The notes below the pieces were generated by a model that made no database searches, was not told the DNA's origin, and saw only the letters and a program-made list of their open reading frames with translations. A program made the translations under genes and the position numbers. 64,000 nt of DNA from an uncultured delta proteobacterium (lineage in GTDB: Bacteria; Desulfobacterota; Desulfuromonadia; Geobacterales; DSM-12255): contig CAWBBV010000001.1 in NCBI GenBank assembly GCA_963787125.1, positions 544,001 through 608,000 on the forward strand, in the 5' to 3' direction. Positions 18,977 to 28,291 of this stretch are shown here, one piece after another. How positions within the stretch are numbered: the stretch's first letter is position 1; each line of letters opens with the position of its first letter.

Positions 18977-19834
18977 ATGAAAAAAACTACGTTCACACTT
19001 TTGGCTACTATGATTATGGCATGTTCAAGCATTGGGGGATGCGTTTCGGCACCGGCGCCAAGGGCAACCTACGATAATTACGGGTGTTTAATGCCTCAAC
19101 CAAATACCTTGAGCAGTATTGGCATTGAGGCAAGCATATCCGGAGGCATTCTCAGTAAAATAATTCCCAATATCAGCGTCAAAGTTGATCCCAAGGTAAT
19201 TGAAACTGGCAGCAAGGCAAGCAAGGACTTGGAGATGTCTCGATATGTAACGTGTACCCTTATGAACCAATATAATATTCCTCCTGATAGAGCGCTGCCG
19301 GTGTTCGAACTATTGACGTTCTTCACAACTAGCCCGACCTCAGAACAATTTATGAAATATGTAAATGATAGGCCTTCATTAAAGCAGATAGTTACAGTTG
19401 TTAATGACGACAAACCATTTTCAGGGCAATTGAATGGAAGACGAATTTACGTGGATGCAGTTCGTAATGGTTCATCCAGTAGAGATGGTTGGGCAAAGGG
19501 GCAGAAAATAACTTTGCAGGCAGGAAATTGGGAAGTTAAGCCTGTTGGTGGTGGCTGGTCCGCATGGAGAAGAGATAACAGCGCTCCGCCAAATGTAAAA
19601 GGTGCTTGGACTTGGTCTATGTATGTCACGATGGACAACAATACGAATGAAGTCGGTAGCTTTTCATGGTTGTATAAAAATTCGGATGAAGCTAATGCAG
19701 CGGCATCTAGCATTGAATCGTTAAAGTTCTCACTGGACAAACCGGCGGATGTGTTTTTCTGGATTTTCGACGTTGACGGGACTGAGGACAATAGAGGCGT
19801 TCTGGTCGTTGATGTAATTAGAAAGTCTCTCTGA
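18977..19834 (+). CDS. Hypothetical lipoprotein with Trp-rich beta-sandwich C-terminal domain
   Basis: AAGGAGG RBS; signal peptide with Cys; C-terminal WIFD...DNRG motif; visibly AT-richer than neighbours. Confidence 0.75.
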   Translation: MKKTTFTLLATMIMACSSIGGCVSAPAPRATYDNYGCLMPQPNTLSSIGIEASISGGILSKIIPNISVKVDPKVIETGSKASKDLEMSRYVTCTLMNQYNIPPDRALPVFELLTFFTTSPTSEQFMKYVNDRPSLKQIVTVVNDDKPFSGQLNGRRIYVDAVRNGSSSRDGWAKGQKITLQAGNWEVKPVGGGWSAWRRDNSAPPNVKGAWTWSMYVTMDNNTNEVGSFSWLYKNSDEANAAASSIESLKFSLDKPADVFFWIFDVDGTEDNRGVLVVDVIRKSL

Positions 19835-19836
19835 TT

Positions 19837-20982
19837 ATGACCATAGCAATTCGCCAATCAAACGAGTTCTGTGTCGGAATAGAAGAACTCTTTGCCGACC
19901 TCACGTTCATTCCAGGCAAGCAAGTATTCGTCAAACCCAATCTTTGCGGACGCGAGCCGGTTTCGCCGGGCGAGAACACCAGCGTCGCGGTAATGGATGC
20001 ACTGCTGGAGGTACTGCAAAACCGCAGATGTTCCGTAACCATCGGTCATGGCGAGCTGTTGGGAACCGCCGACAACAGGACGCCATTCGCGGAGACTCTG
20101 CATGCTTCCGGGTTTGACCGCTACCTAAATCGTCCCGGCGTGTCGATGGTCAACCTGGATGAACTGCCACGAGTGGCCGTGGAAACCGAGGAGATGACCT
20201 TCCATCTTCCAGCGCCGCTGCTGGACGGCAGTTTTGACACCTATATCAACCTCGCCAAGATCAAGACCCACATGGAAGCGACTGTCAGCCTGTCGCTGAA
20301 AAACCAGATGGGACTGCCTGCTGCTGGCGACCGGGCGCTGATGCACAAGACAAATCTTGAACGCTGCATTGCCCGGCTGGCGACCATTATCAAACCTCAC
20401 ATCAGCATTCTGGAAGGGTGTCCGGCAATGGAGGGTAATGGTCCGCATCACGGCACACCCCGCAACCTCAATCTTATTGCCGCTGGAACCGACATGCTGG
20501 AGCTTGATTCCTGTATTGCCGGACTGTTTGGTTTCAATCCCGCTGCTATTCCTCATTTTAGTCATGCCGTAGAACTTGGTGTCGGTTGTCTGGCCGATGC
20601 CTCTATCATGGCAAGGTTTGCTGAATTCCGAGTGCCGGATTTTCTCCCGGCAAGCCCGGTCTACGGTTTTGGCCGTACAGTGCGGGCCTGGCCGACCTAT
20701 GCCTGCTCACGCTGCATCTATGCCGTGGAACGAGCAGGCCGAAAGATCAAGAAGCAGCCGCTGAAATACTGGCGTTTTGTGCTGCGGGCATATTTCGGCA
20801 AGCCACTGAATATTGTTTTTGGTCGGGCGGATCAGGCTGCAGAGGAGTTTTCCGGAGACACTATTTATGTAGGTTCATGTTCAAAGGAGTTTTCTCAAAA
20901 CAATAGAAATGCTTGCCTTGATAAATGTCCACCGACAATTGAAGAAACGTTGAGTTTCATCATACAAGGCAGCAAACCATGA
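19837..20982 (+). CDS. DUF362 family protein
   Basis: FVKPN, NLAKIKTH, SLKNQMG, MEGNGP, ACSRC, GSC, KCPP. Confidence 0.85.
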   Translation: MTIAIRQSNEFCVGIEELFADLTFIPGKQVFVKPNLCGREPVSPGENTSVAVMDALLEVLQNRRCSVTIGHGELLGTADNRTPFAETLHASGFDRYLNRPGVSMVNLDELPRVAVETEEMTFHLPAPLLDGSFDTYINLAKIKTHMEATVSLSLKNQMGLPAAGDRALMHKTNLERCIARLATIIKPHISILEGCPAMEGNGPHHGTPRNLNLIAAGTDMLELDSCIAGLFGFNPAAIPHFSHAVELGVGCLADASIMARFAEFRVPDFLPASPVYGFGRTVRAWPTYACSRCIYAVERAGRKIKKQPLKYWRFVLRAYFGKPLNIVFGRADQAAEEFSGDTIYVGSCSKEFSQNNRNACLDKCPPTIEETLSFIIQGSKP

Positions 20983-21964
20983 AATTCCTTGTAACCGGTG
21001 CAGCCGGATTTGTAGGGCAGACACTCTGCCATGAACTTGTGCGCCGTTATGGCAGCAACGGCAATAATTTTCTATTCATGGAACGCAGCGGTTCCACACA
21101 CACACACACACAAATTCAGGTAGTTACGCGACTTATGGAGTTTCATACATAAAGGGTGATGTCACTGATCCGGAAACCATCGAACCACTGATTGCAGAAA
21201 GCGATGTCATTTTCCACGTAGCAGCACGGGTCAGCTATGGTGATTTTGAGAGTGAGCCATTTTACCGAATAAATGTTTACGGCACGGAAAACGTGCTGCG
21301 GCTGGCAGTCAAGCATGGTGTAAAGCGGGTGATCATAGTCAGCTCTGCCGGAATATGGACGCCGACAGGTGAAGTTCAGGCCACCGAAGAAACAGTGCTC
21401 CAGGAGAAACAGACAACCCGCTATACCCACAGCAAATATCTGGCGTACCTCAAAACGTTGGAGTTCATGCTGCGGGGCACGCCGGTAACGGTGGTGCTGC
21501 CGGTGGGTTTATTCGGCTCTGAAAGCCCGCTGTTCGTGCCGCTGATCCGGCTTTTGAAGCTCTTCCGCATGGCAGTCGTCCCTGAATGTTCGGCGCGGAT
21601 GTGTCTGATTTCGGTTGATGAATGTGTCGACGGTATCATTAGAGCCTTTGAGCTGGGCAAGGCGGGCGAGAGTTACATCCTTTCCGGGAGGGCACTATTA
21701 ATGGGCGAAATCGTTGAGCGCTGCCGCCCTTCTGGGCTCTGGTTCGGTACGGTGAAACTGCCGCTCGCGCTATTCCGGTTGCTGATCCGTGTGCTGGATA
21801 TGGTAGGGCAGCTCAGCCGCCATGTCTTCTACTACAACAGCGAGTTCCTGGCTTTTTGTACCGGGGGGGTTTTTTTAGATGGCAGCAAAGCGGAGCGTGA
21901 GCTTGGTTTCAGGCAGGAAAATTTTGATGAAAAATTCAATGCAATGGTGAGGGGGAAGCAGTGA
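20979..21964 (+). pseudogene. NAD-dependent epimerase/dehydratase (extended SDR), out of frame at a (CA)9 tract
   Basis: MKFLVTGAAGFVG frame stops at 21150-21152; KGDVTD...IFHVAA...NVYGT...YTHSK continues in the +2 frame right after the repeat; (CA)8 gives 327 aa. Confidence 0.88.
21095..21112 (+). repeat. (CA)9 simple sequence repeat
   Basis: gttc-cacacacacacacacaca-aattc. Confidence 0.95.
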
Positions 21965-22647
21965 AACAAACGAATGAACCGTTGATTACCAGAATAGGCT
22001 ATCCCTTCATGAAGCTCTTTTCTCCACTGGTGCGCAGGCTCTGGATTGCCGAGGTCCACGGTCTTGAGCATATCCCCAAGCATGGTCCCTGCTTGGTAGC
22101 GTCCAACCATGAGAGCTATTTTGACTTCATCATTTTTACCGCTGCCGTTGACCGGAAAATTCACTACATGGCTGCGGAGAAATTTTTTGTACACCCTTTC
22201 TGGAAGTGGGTTATGGCTTTTATGGGATGCATCCGGATAGATCGTTATAGCACCATGAATCTGCGTGCCTACAAAGAGATTGCAAGGGTTGTAAAACAGG
22301 GGCGGCTTATTGGCATTTTCCCAGAAGGAACCCGCTCGCCGGACGGTAAGCTGATGAGGGGGAAAACCGGTGTGGCGCACTTGGCGATAAAGTCCGGTCT
22401 GCCTGTCATTCCGGTAGGAATTCGTGGTTCGTATGAAATCATGTCGGTTGGGGACAAAAGGCCCAAATTGCGAAAAGCCAGTATTCACATCGGCGAGCCT
22501 ATGAACTTTGACCATCTGAAAGAAGCAACGCTGGATGACACTTTGTTGAATCACACTACCGATAGCATCATGTTTCGTATTGCCAATCTGACCGACGAAG
22601 AGTATCGGTTTGCCGAGGATAAAAATACTCTCAGAAGCTCATGTTGA
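21961..22647 (+). CDS. Lysophospholipid acyltransferase (PlsC family)
   Basis: NHESYFD (HX4D), IDR, FPEGTRS, KTG; GTGA overlap with the SDR stop. Confidence 0.9.
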   Translation: MKQTNEPLITRIGYPFMKLFSPLVRRLWIAEVHGLEHIPKHGPCLVASNHESYFDFIIFTAAVDRKIHYMAAEKFFVHPFWKWVMAFMGCIRIDRYSTMNLRAYKEIARVVKQGRLIGIFPEGTRSPDGKLMRGKTGVAHLAIKSGLPVIPVGIRGSYEIMSVGDKRPKLRKASIHIGEPMNFDHLKEATLDDTLLNHTTDSIMFRIANLTDEEYRFAEDKNTLRSSC

Positions 22648-22699
22648 CGAAGGCATTATCCTTCTGTTTTCGGAGGCATAGAAAATATGACTCGACCAG

Positions 22700-22728
22700 T
22701 TGACAACCTTCAAGGGGAAGATTATATT
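22700..22728 (+). promoter_or_regulatory. Near-consensus sigma70 promoter
   Basis: TTGACA-N17-TATATT. Confidence 0.75.
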
Positions 22729-22789
22729 TAATTTACCTCGAGGAACTTCACGAACGGAGCTAAATCCCGTAAAAGGAGACCAAACGAAA

Positions 22790-22864
22790 ATGTGGACAAC
22801 AATTTATATGCTACGCCCGGTAACCCGCTGCAAGGAGGGTTGCCCTAGCAGGCCCACTGGCTAA
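22790..22864 (+). CDS. Putative leader peptide MWTTIYMLRPVTRCKEGCPSRPTG
   Basis: AAGGAG 11 nt upstream; lies between the promoter and an intrinsic terminator. Confidence 0.45.
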   Translation: MWTTIYMLRPVTRCKEGCPSRPTG

Positions 22865-22883
22865 GCGGTGGGCGCACAGACAG

Positions 22884-22918
22884 GCCCCTTGGTCAGGAGA
22901 TGACAGGGGGCTTTTTTT
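22884..22918 (+). terminator. Intrinsic terminator upstream of the efflux operon
   Basis: GCCCCUUGGUCA-GGAGA-UGACAGGGGGC-U7. Confidence 0.8.
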
Positions 22919-22996
22919 GTGCCTGAAAAAAAGGTGGTACACTGATTATCCCGGTGGTATGCTGACACTCTGAAACCATCCTTGATAGAGGCATTC

Positions 22997-24247
22997 ATGA
23001 AAAAGTATATAATAATTGCGGTTGTTGCTCTCCTTGTTGCCGGTGTCGGGATTTATTACTTCAAGACCAGAAAACCTGAAATCAGTTACAAAACTGCCAA
23101 GCTGGAAAAAGGGACTATTGTTTCCACTGTTTCTGCGACCGGAAATCTCTCTGCTGTGACAACAATCCAGGTGGGCACCCAGGTTTCCGGGACAATTCAG
23201 AAGCTGTACGTTGACTACAATTCGCGGGTCAAGAAAGGGCAGACCATTGCCGAAATCGACCCGTCACTTTTCAATGCCTCAGTAGAGCAGTCCCAGGGGA
23301 ACTACTTGAGTGCCGAGGCAAATCTGCTCAAGGCAAAAGTTGCCTTGGCCGATGCCGAGCGGACCCTGCAACGCAATAAAAAACTGCTGGCTGACGGGAT
23401 AATATCCCAAGGGGATTTTGATGTCTCCGAGACTGCCTGGCAGTCTGCAAAGGCATCTATCAAGGCAGCCGAAGGGAGCGTCGCCCAGACCCGCGGTGCC
23501 CTGCTGCAGTCAAAGACGAACCTGCGCTACTCCATTATCCGTTCCCCTGTCGACGGAGTAGTCATCTCCCGCGCCATTGATGTCGGCCAGACCGTGGCTG
23601 CATCTTTTCAGACCCCGACACTGTTTACCATTGCCCAGGACCTTACCAAGATGCAGATCGAGGTTAGCGTTGACGAGGCTGATATCAGTCGGGTAAAGCT
23701 GGGTCAGCAGGCGACCTTCACGGTTGATGCCTACCCGGAGCAGAAGTTCGGCGGCAAAGTTGTCCAGATCAGAAGCGCTCCTGTTGTTACCCAGAATGTT
23801 GTCACTTATGTGGTTGTCGTTAACGTTGACAACAGCGAAATGAAACTTAAACCGGGGATGACCGCTAATGTCTCCCTGGTTGTCGCCAAAAAGGATGATG
23901 TCGTCAAGATTCCGCCTGCAGCGCTCCGCTTCAAACCCAAAGGGGGAGAAGAGAAGCCTGAGGCTGCCAAAGGCAGATCTGGGTCGTCAGCAGCTCCTAT
24001 GGGAAAAGCCGGACGTGAAAGTGGCGGCAAGCCGGGCGAGAGAAAAGGTGGTGGCGGCCAGATTGTTTACATTCTGAAAGAAGGGGTTCCGGCAGCGGTG
24101 TCAATCAAAACCGGGATTGCCAGCAGCGGCAGCATCGAGCTGGTCGAAGGTCCGCTTAAAGAAGGGGATGAAGTGATCATCGAGCAGGTCGGCGGTGATG
24201 CCAAGAAGAAGGGGAGCATGGGAAGTCCTATGGGGAGACCGTTCTAG
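22997..24247 (+). CDS. Efflux periplasmic adaptor (MacA-like)
   Basis: N-terminal TM, VGTQVSG, SPVDGVV, VDEADI, LKPGMTA. Confidence 0.9.
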   Translation: MKKYIIIAVVALLVAGVGIYYFKTRKPEISYKTAKLEKGTIVSTVSATGNLSAVTTIQVGTQVSGTIQKLYVDYNSRVKKGQTIAEIDPSLFNASVEQSQGNYLSAEANLLKAKVALADAERTLQRNKKLLADGIISQGDFDVSETAWQSAKASIKAAEGSVAQTRGALLQSKTNLRYSIIRSPVDGVVISRAIDVGQTVAASFQTPTLFTIAQDLTKMQIEVSVDEADISRVKLGQQATFTVDAYPEQKFGGKVVQIRSAPVVTQNVVTYVVVVNVDNSEMKLKPGMTANVSLVVAKKDDVVKIPPAALRFKPKGGEEKPEAAKGRSGSSAAPMGKAGRESGGKPGERKGGGGQIVYILKEGVPAAVSIKTGIASSGSIELVEGPLKEGDEVIIEQVGGDAKKKGSMGSPMGRPF

Positions 24248-24249
24248 GG

Positions 24250-24930
24250 ATGAGCAGCGTCATCACCCTCACAGATATCCGCCGGGTTTTTATCATGGGG
24301 GATCAGCAGTTCGAGGCTCTCAAGGGGGTTTCGTTTTCAGTTGCAGCCGGAGAATTTGTCGCCATCATGGGGGCTTCGGGGAGCGGCAAGTCTACCTGTA
24401 TGAACCTCCTTGGTTGTCTTGACCGGCCGACTTCAGGAGAGTACCTGCTTGACGGCATTGATGTTGGCGGGATGAACAGCGATCAGCTTGCGGAAATCAG
24501 AAACAGAAAGCTTGGCTTCGTCTTCCAGGGGTTCAATCTGCTGGCACGCACCCCGACTGTCGAGAACGTCGAACTGCCGCTGATTTATGCCGGGCTGAAA
24601 TCCGCAGAGCGGCGGCAAATGGCCGTGGCAGCCCTGGAAAAGGTCGGTCTTGCGGATAAGCAGATGAACCACCCGAGCCAGCTATCCGGTGGCCAGCAGC
24701 AGCGGGTGGCTATCGCCAGGGCGCTGGTCAACTCGCCGGCAGTCATCCTGGCTGATGAACCTACCGGCAATCTGGACAGCGCTACCAGTGAGGAGATCAT
24801 GACCCTGTTCACTACGCTGAACAAGCAGGGGATAACCATCATCATGGTGACCCATGAAGCCGATGTGGCGGCCTACGCAGGGCGGAAAATAACCTTTCGC
24901 GATGGCAAAATCATAGGCGATACGAAATAA
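24250..24930 (+). CDS. ABC transporter ATP-binding protein (MacB/LolD-type)
   Basis: [32 protein letters not shown]. Confidence 0.93.
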   Translation: MSSVITLTDIRRVFIMGDQQFEALKGVSFSVAAGEFVAIMGASGSGKSTCMNLLGCLDRPTSGEYLLDGIDVGGMNSDQLAEIRNRKLGFVFQGFNLLARTPTVENVELPLIYAGLKSAERRQMAVAALEKVGLADKQMNHPSQLSGGQQQRVAIARALVNSPAVILADEPTGNLDSATSEEIMTLFTTLNKQGITIIMVTHEADVAAYAGRKITFRDGKIIGDTK

Positions 24931-26156
24931 TGGACTTTCTCCAAACACTCAAAATAGCCATGCGCGCCTTGCGAACCAACAAGATGCGCTCTTTTCTGAC
25001 GATGCTCGGGATCATTATCGGCATTTCCGCAGTTATCGCCATGATGGCGGTCGGCTCTGGAGCTCGTCATGTAATTTCGCAGCAGATTGCCAGCATCGGC
25101 AGCAACATCATTCTGGTGATTCCCGGTTCTACCACCAGCGGTGGCCTGCGAACCGGCACCGGTGGAGCACAGACGCTGGTAAGTGATGATGCCAGGGCGA
25201 TCATGAATGAATGCCCGTCTGTGGAGATAGCCGCCCCGACAACAAGAAATGCGGCGCTGGTTGTCTACGGCAATATGAACTGGTCGACAATCGCCATGGG
25301 GACGACTCCCGAGCTCTTTACGATTCGTGAGTGGGGGGTAGCGAGCGGTCGCGGCATAGAACAGCAGGATGTAGATGGTGCGCTCAAGGTCTGCGTCATC
25401 GGCCAGACTGTGGCGGAAAACCTCTTCGGCTCCTCTGATCCGGTTGATAAGATCATCAGGATCAAGAAAATACCGTTTACCGTGGTCGGTGTTCTGGAGA
25501 GGAAGGGGCAGTCGCCCCAGGGGCAGGATCAGGATGATTCTATCTTTATTCCGGTCCGGACTGCACAGCGGAATCTTGTCAGAAACCCAACACCCGGGAG
25601 TGTCGGCGCAATCATGGTAAAAGCCCGCAGCGAAAATCTCCTCGGCAAGGCGGAAGAGGAGATAAAGGCGCTTTTGAACCAGCGCCACCGGATCACCAAC
25701 AGTAAGGAAGCCGACTATTCAACCCGCAATCTTTCGGAAATTCTCGCTATCGCCGAACAGTCCTCAAAAGCGATGTCACTGCTGCTCGGCGCAGTTGCTT
25801 CCATCTCGCTGATTGTCGGCGGGATAGGGATCATGAACATCATGCTGGTTTCGGTAACGGAACGTACCCGTGAGATCGGTATCCGCATGGCCATCGGTGC
25901 CAGAAAGAACGATATCCTCCTGCAATTCCTCACAGAAGCAATCCTCCTGACAATGATCGGCGGGATAATCGGGATAATCATCGGCAGCGGCGGGGCGATG
26001 GTGGTCTCCAACCTGCTTTCCTGGCCGACTCTCATCTCCATCGAGTCGATTACTCTCGCCTTTGTATTCTCAGCCTTTGTCGGGATCTTTTTCGGGTTCT
26101 ATCCGGCCAGGAAGGCCGCGTCACTCAACCCTATCGATGCGCTGCGCTACGAATAG
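24930..26156 (+). CDS. ABC permease, MacB/FtsX type
   Basis: RSFLTMLGIIIG, GGIGIMNIMLVSVTERTREIGIR, NPIDALRYE. Confidence 0.93.
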   Translation: MDFLQTLKIAMRALRTNKMRSFLTMLGIIIGISAVIAMMAVGSGARHVISQQIASIGSNIILVIPGSTTSGGLRTGTGGAQTLVSDDARAIMNECPSVEIAAPTTRNAALVVYGNMNWSTIAMGTTPELFTIREWGVASGRGIEQQDVDGALKVCVIGQTVAENLFGSSDPVDKIIRIKKIPFTVVGVLERKGQSPQGQDQDDSIFIPVRTAQRNLVRNPTPGSVGAIMVKARSENLLGKAEEEIKALLNQRHRITNSKEADYSTRNLSEILAIAEQSSKAMSLLLGAVASISLIVGGIGIMNIMLVSVTERTREIGIRMAIGARKNDILLQFLTEAILLTMIGGIIGIIIGSGGAMVVSNLLSWPTLISIESITLAFVFSAFVGIFFGFYPARKAASLNPIDALRYE

Positions 26157-26158
26157 GG

Positions 26159-28291
26159 CTACCTCATCTTTATCCAGATAAAAATTCCAATCGCAACAAA
26201 CAGGATGAAAATCAGGATGCTTTTCCAGGGGCGCTTCTTTTCGGCAAACGGATCTGCAAGCTGCTGACTGGAGCCGGTCGGCAGTTTTGCCAGGGCGGTA
26301 AGTGAGGCACCGAAGGGAATATTCAGCTTTGCCCGGGCGTTGATTGCCCAGCCATTGGCGTCAAGGATCGGCCCGAGATTGCGCTGACGCAGTTTAAACC
26401 AGGCGATGATCATTGCCGGCCCGGAAACTATCAGCAACAGGCCGCCGAGAGCCAACGGCATCTGCCACCACTGAAGCTTCATGAAGCCGGTCAGGGTGGT
26501 GGCCAATGCTGTTCCCAATGCGCCGACAGCAAGACCGATGGCCGCAAATATTCCCACATATTTACCCATGTCGAAGAGCTGTTGAGGTGGGGCAGGTTTC
26601 GCGTCAGGTTTTTTATCGACCGTATGCAGTACGGAGGCCAAGGCCCGGTCTTCAGCGGCTTTGGAGCGGGCGGCGGCCATCTTTTGCATCTGCTCGCCAA
26701 CCATCCTGCCGAGTTTTTTATAGGGCGACCAGAACGCCTGCCGCAAACTTATCGGGTGATCGATGATTCTGACCACTGTCGCATCCCAGTCGTCACCGTT
26801 ATAATCATAAAAAAGGCCGTTGCGTCCGACAATGATCTGATCAGAATCGCCGTTGGTAATGGCTGCAGCAATGGTCATCTTGTCGGTTCCACCTCGTCTG
26901 ACGCAGTCGCAGTAGACCAGATATAGTCGGCTGAGCGTCGCCAGGGCCGCATGTTTAGCCGGATCGGCAACTGCTACGCAGAGCTCGCAGCTTCGGCCAT
27001 CTATATACAGCGTACCGCACTGAAAGATGCCGATACCTTTTTTGGTGTAAAAATCCCTGAAAGCAACGAAATTGTTGAGCAGAGGGTACAAATAGCGGAC
27101 GTAATGCAGCAGCCTCTCCACCTCTATGATCGCCTCGGCTTCGCTGGAGAGCTCCAGATCCTGTTCAATCAACCGGTTCAGCCTCTCTTGAATTTCAGCC
27201 TCACGCCACTCGCAAAGAAGGGACTGCTCAAGCTCAATAACAGTTGCGACCGGTTTAGTTTTCCACCAGTCTGAAAGCGGTAATATGGTCAACTTCAGAG
27301 CATCCCATTGGCTTATTGACAATGAATCTGCTGCTCCAAGAAGTGGCAGAGCGATACGTTTTCTGAACTGCTCCAGTTGTGACTGCCAGGCAGGATTGAT
27401 CCCTTTACTCAGGTCAAGCGTGGCTTGAGCGGAGACAAGTGAAAGCGGCAGACTGGATATCTCTGCAGACGACTCGTCCAGCGTTTTGGCTCCCAGGGAG
27501 AAAAGTTCGCTCTCCGGGCTGTTCATGGCGTCTACTGCTCGCGGATCAAAAGCAGCCAGACGACAGCGAACAAAATAGTCTTCTATTTTCGGGGCAAGAT
27601 TTTCCCAGAGCGCGCAGATCTCATCAATCTGTTCAAGTTCAAGGCCGGCAGCTGCATATTCTGCCGCGGAGCGCCATTCACACCAATCTGTTGCCAATGT
27701 GGCAAATTGTGCTAACGCTGCGGCGTTGATTCCGTTTTCACCGCTTCTATCGATTACAGCGCCGCACTCGGACTTAATCCGCTCGATCCAGGCCTTTAAC
27801 GTGTCATCGTCAGTGGAGAGGCAGGTAATGACTCCGTCACCGTTAAAACCGGTTCCCGCAAAGATTATTTCGCTGTCAATGGCATCCTCGAGAGTAATTG
27901 CCTTGGCGTCCGTCTTCCCCAGGTTCTTGAGGATTTCCAGTGACGATGCCAGCACCCGCTTCCCTTCAATACGGCTGGAATCTATCTCTGACAGCTGCAT
28001 TTCGGAAGGGGTGGTTACCAGCAGGTCGAGGCACTTTAAGCGTTCTGCCGTCCAATCAAGCGCTGCGAGCAGTTCCGGCACCCTTATCTGACCATCGAAG
28101 TCAGTATCAATAAGCTCAAGAGTGCGATTGTCAAACTGCACACCTTTTACGGGAGAGCTGAGCGCTACCCAGAGTTTCTGGTCAAGAGCCGCCAGGTTGC
28201 GCAGGTCGTCACCGCTTTCCAGCAGTACCTGATCAAAGCCGCCGGCGCGAAAAAACCGCCATTTATGCAAGTTAGTGGGTTCTGGCATCAC
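26159..28291 (-). CDS. Hypothetical 710-aa protein with EF-hand-like loop and C-terminal TM helices
   Basis: Long ORF; DTDFDGQIRVPE loop; hydrophobic C-terminal segments. Confidence 0.8.
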   Translation of the reverse strand: MMPEPTNLHKWRFFRAGGFDQVLLESGDDLRNLAALDQKLWVALSSPVKGVQFDNRTLELIDTDFDGQIRVPELLAALDWTAERLKCLDLLVTTPSEMQLSEIDSSRIEGKRVLASSLEILKNLGKTDAKAITLEDAIDSEIIFAGTGFNGDGVITCLSTDDDTLKAWIERIKSECGAVIDRSGENGINAAALAQFATLATDWCEWRSAAEYAAAGLELEQIDEICALWENLAPKIEDYFVRCRLAAFDPRAVDAMNSPESELFSLGAKTLDESSAEISSLPLSLVSAQATLDLSKGINPAWQSQLEQFRKRIALPLLGAADSLSISQWDALKLTILPLSDWWKTKPVATVIELEQSLLCEWREAEIQERLNRLIEQDLELSSEAEAIIEVERLLHYVRYLYPLLNNFVAFRDFYTKKGIGIFQCGTLYIDGRSCELCVAVADPAKHAALATLSRLYLVYCDCVRRGGTDKMTIAAAITNGDSDQIIVGRNGLFYDYNGDDWDATVVRIIDHPISLRQAFWSPYKKLGRMVGEQMQKMAAARSKAAEDRALASVLHTVDKKPDAKPAPPQQLFDMGKYVGIFAAIGLAVGALGTALATTLTGFMKLQWWQMPLALGGLLLIVSGPAMIIAWFKLRQRNLGPILDANGWAINARAKLNIPFGASLTALAKLPTGSSQQLADPFAEKKRPWKSILIFILFVAIGIFIWIKMR

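Noticed and set aside
22735..22918. 6S RNA, SRP RNA or c-di-AMP riboswitch
   Set aside because: Length fits 6S but the ends do not pair into a rod; the SRP and ydaO consensus blocks are missing.
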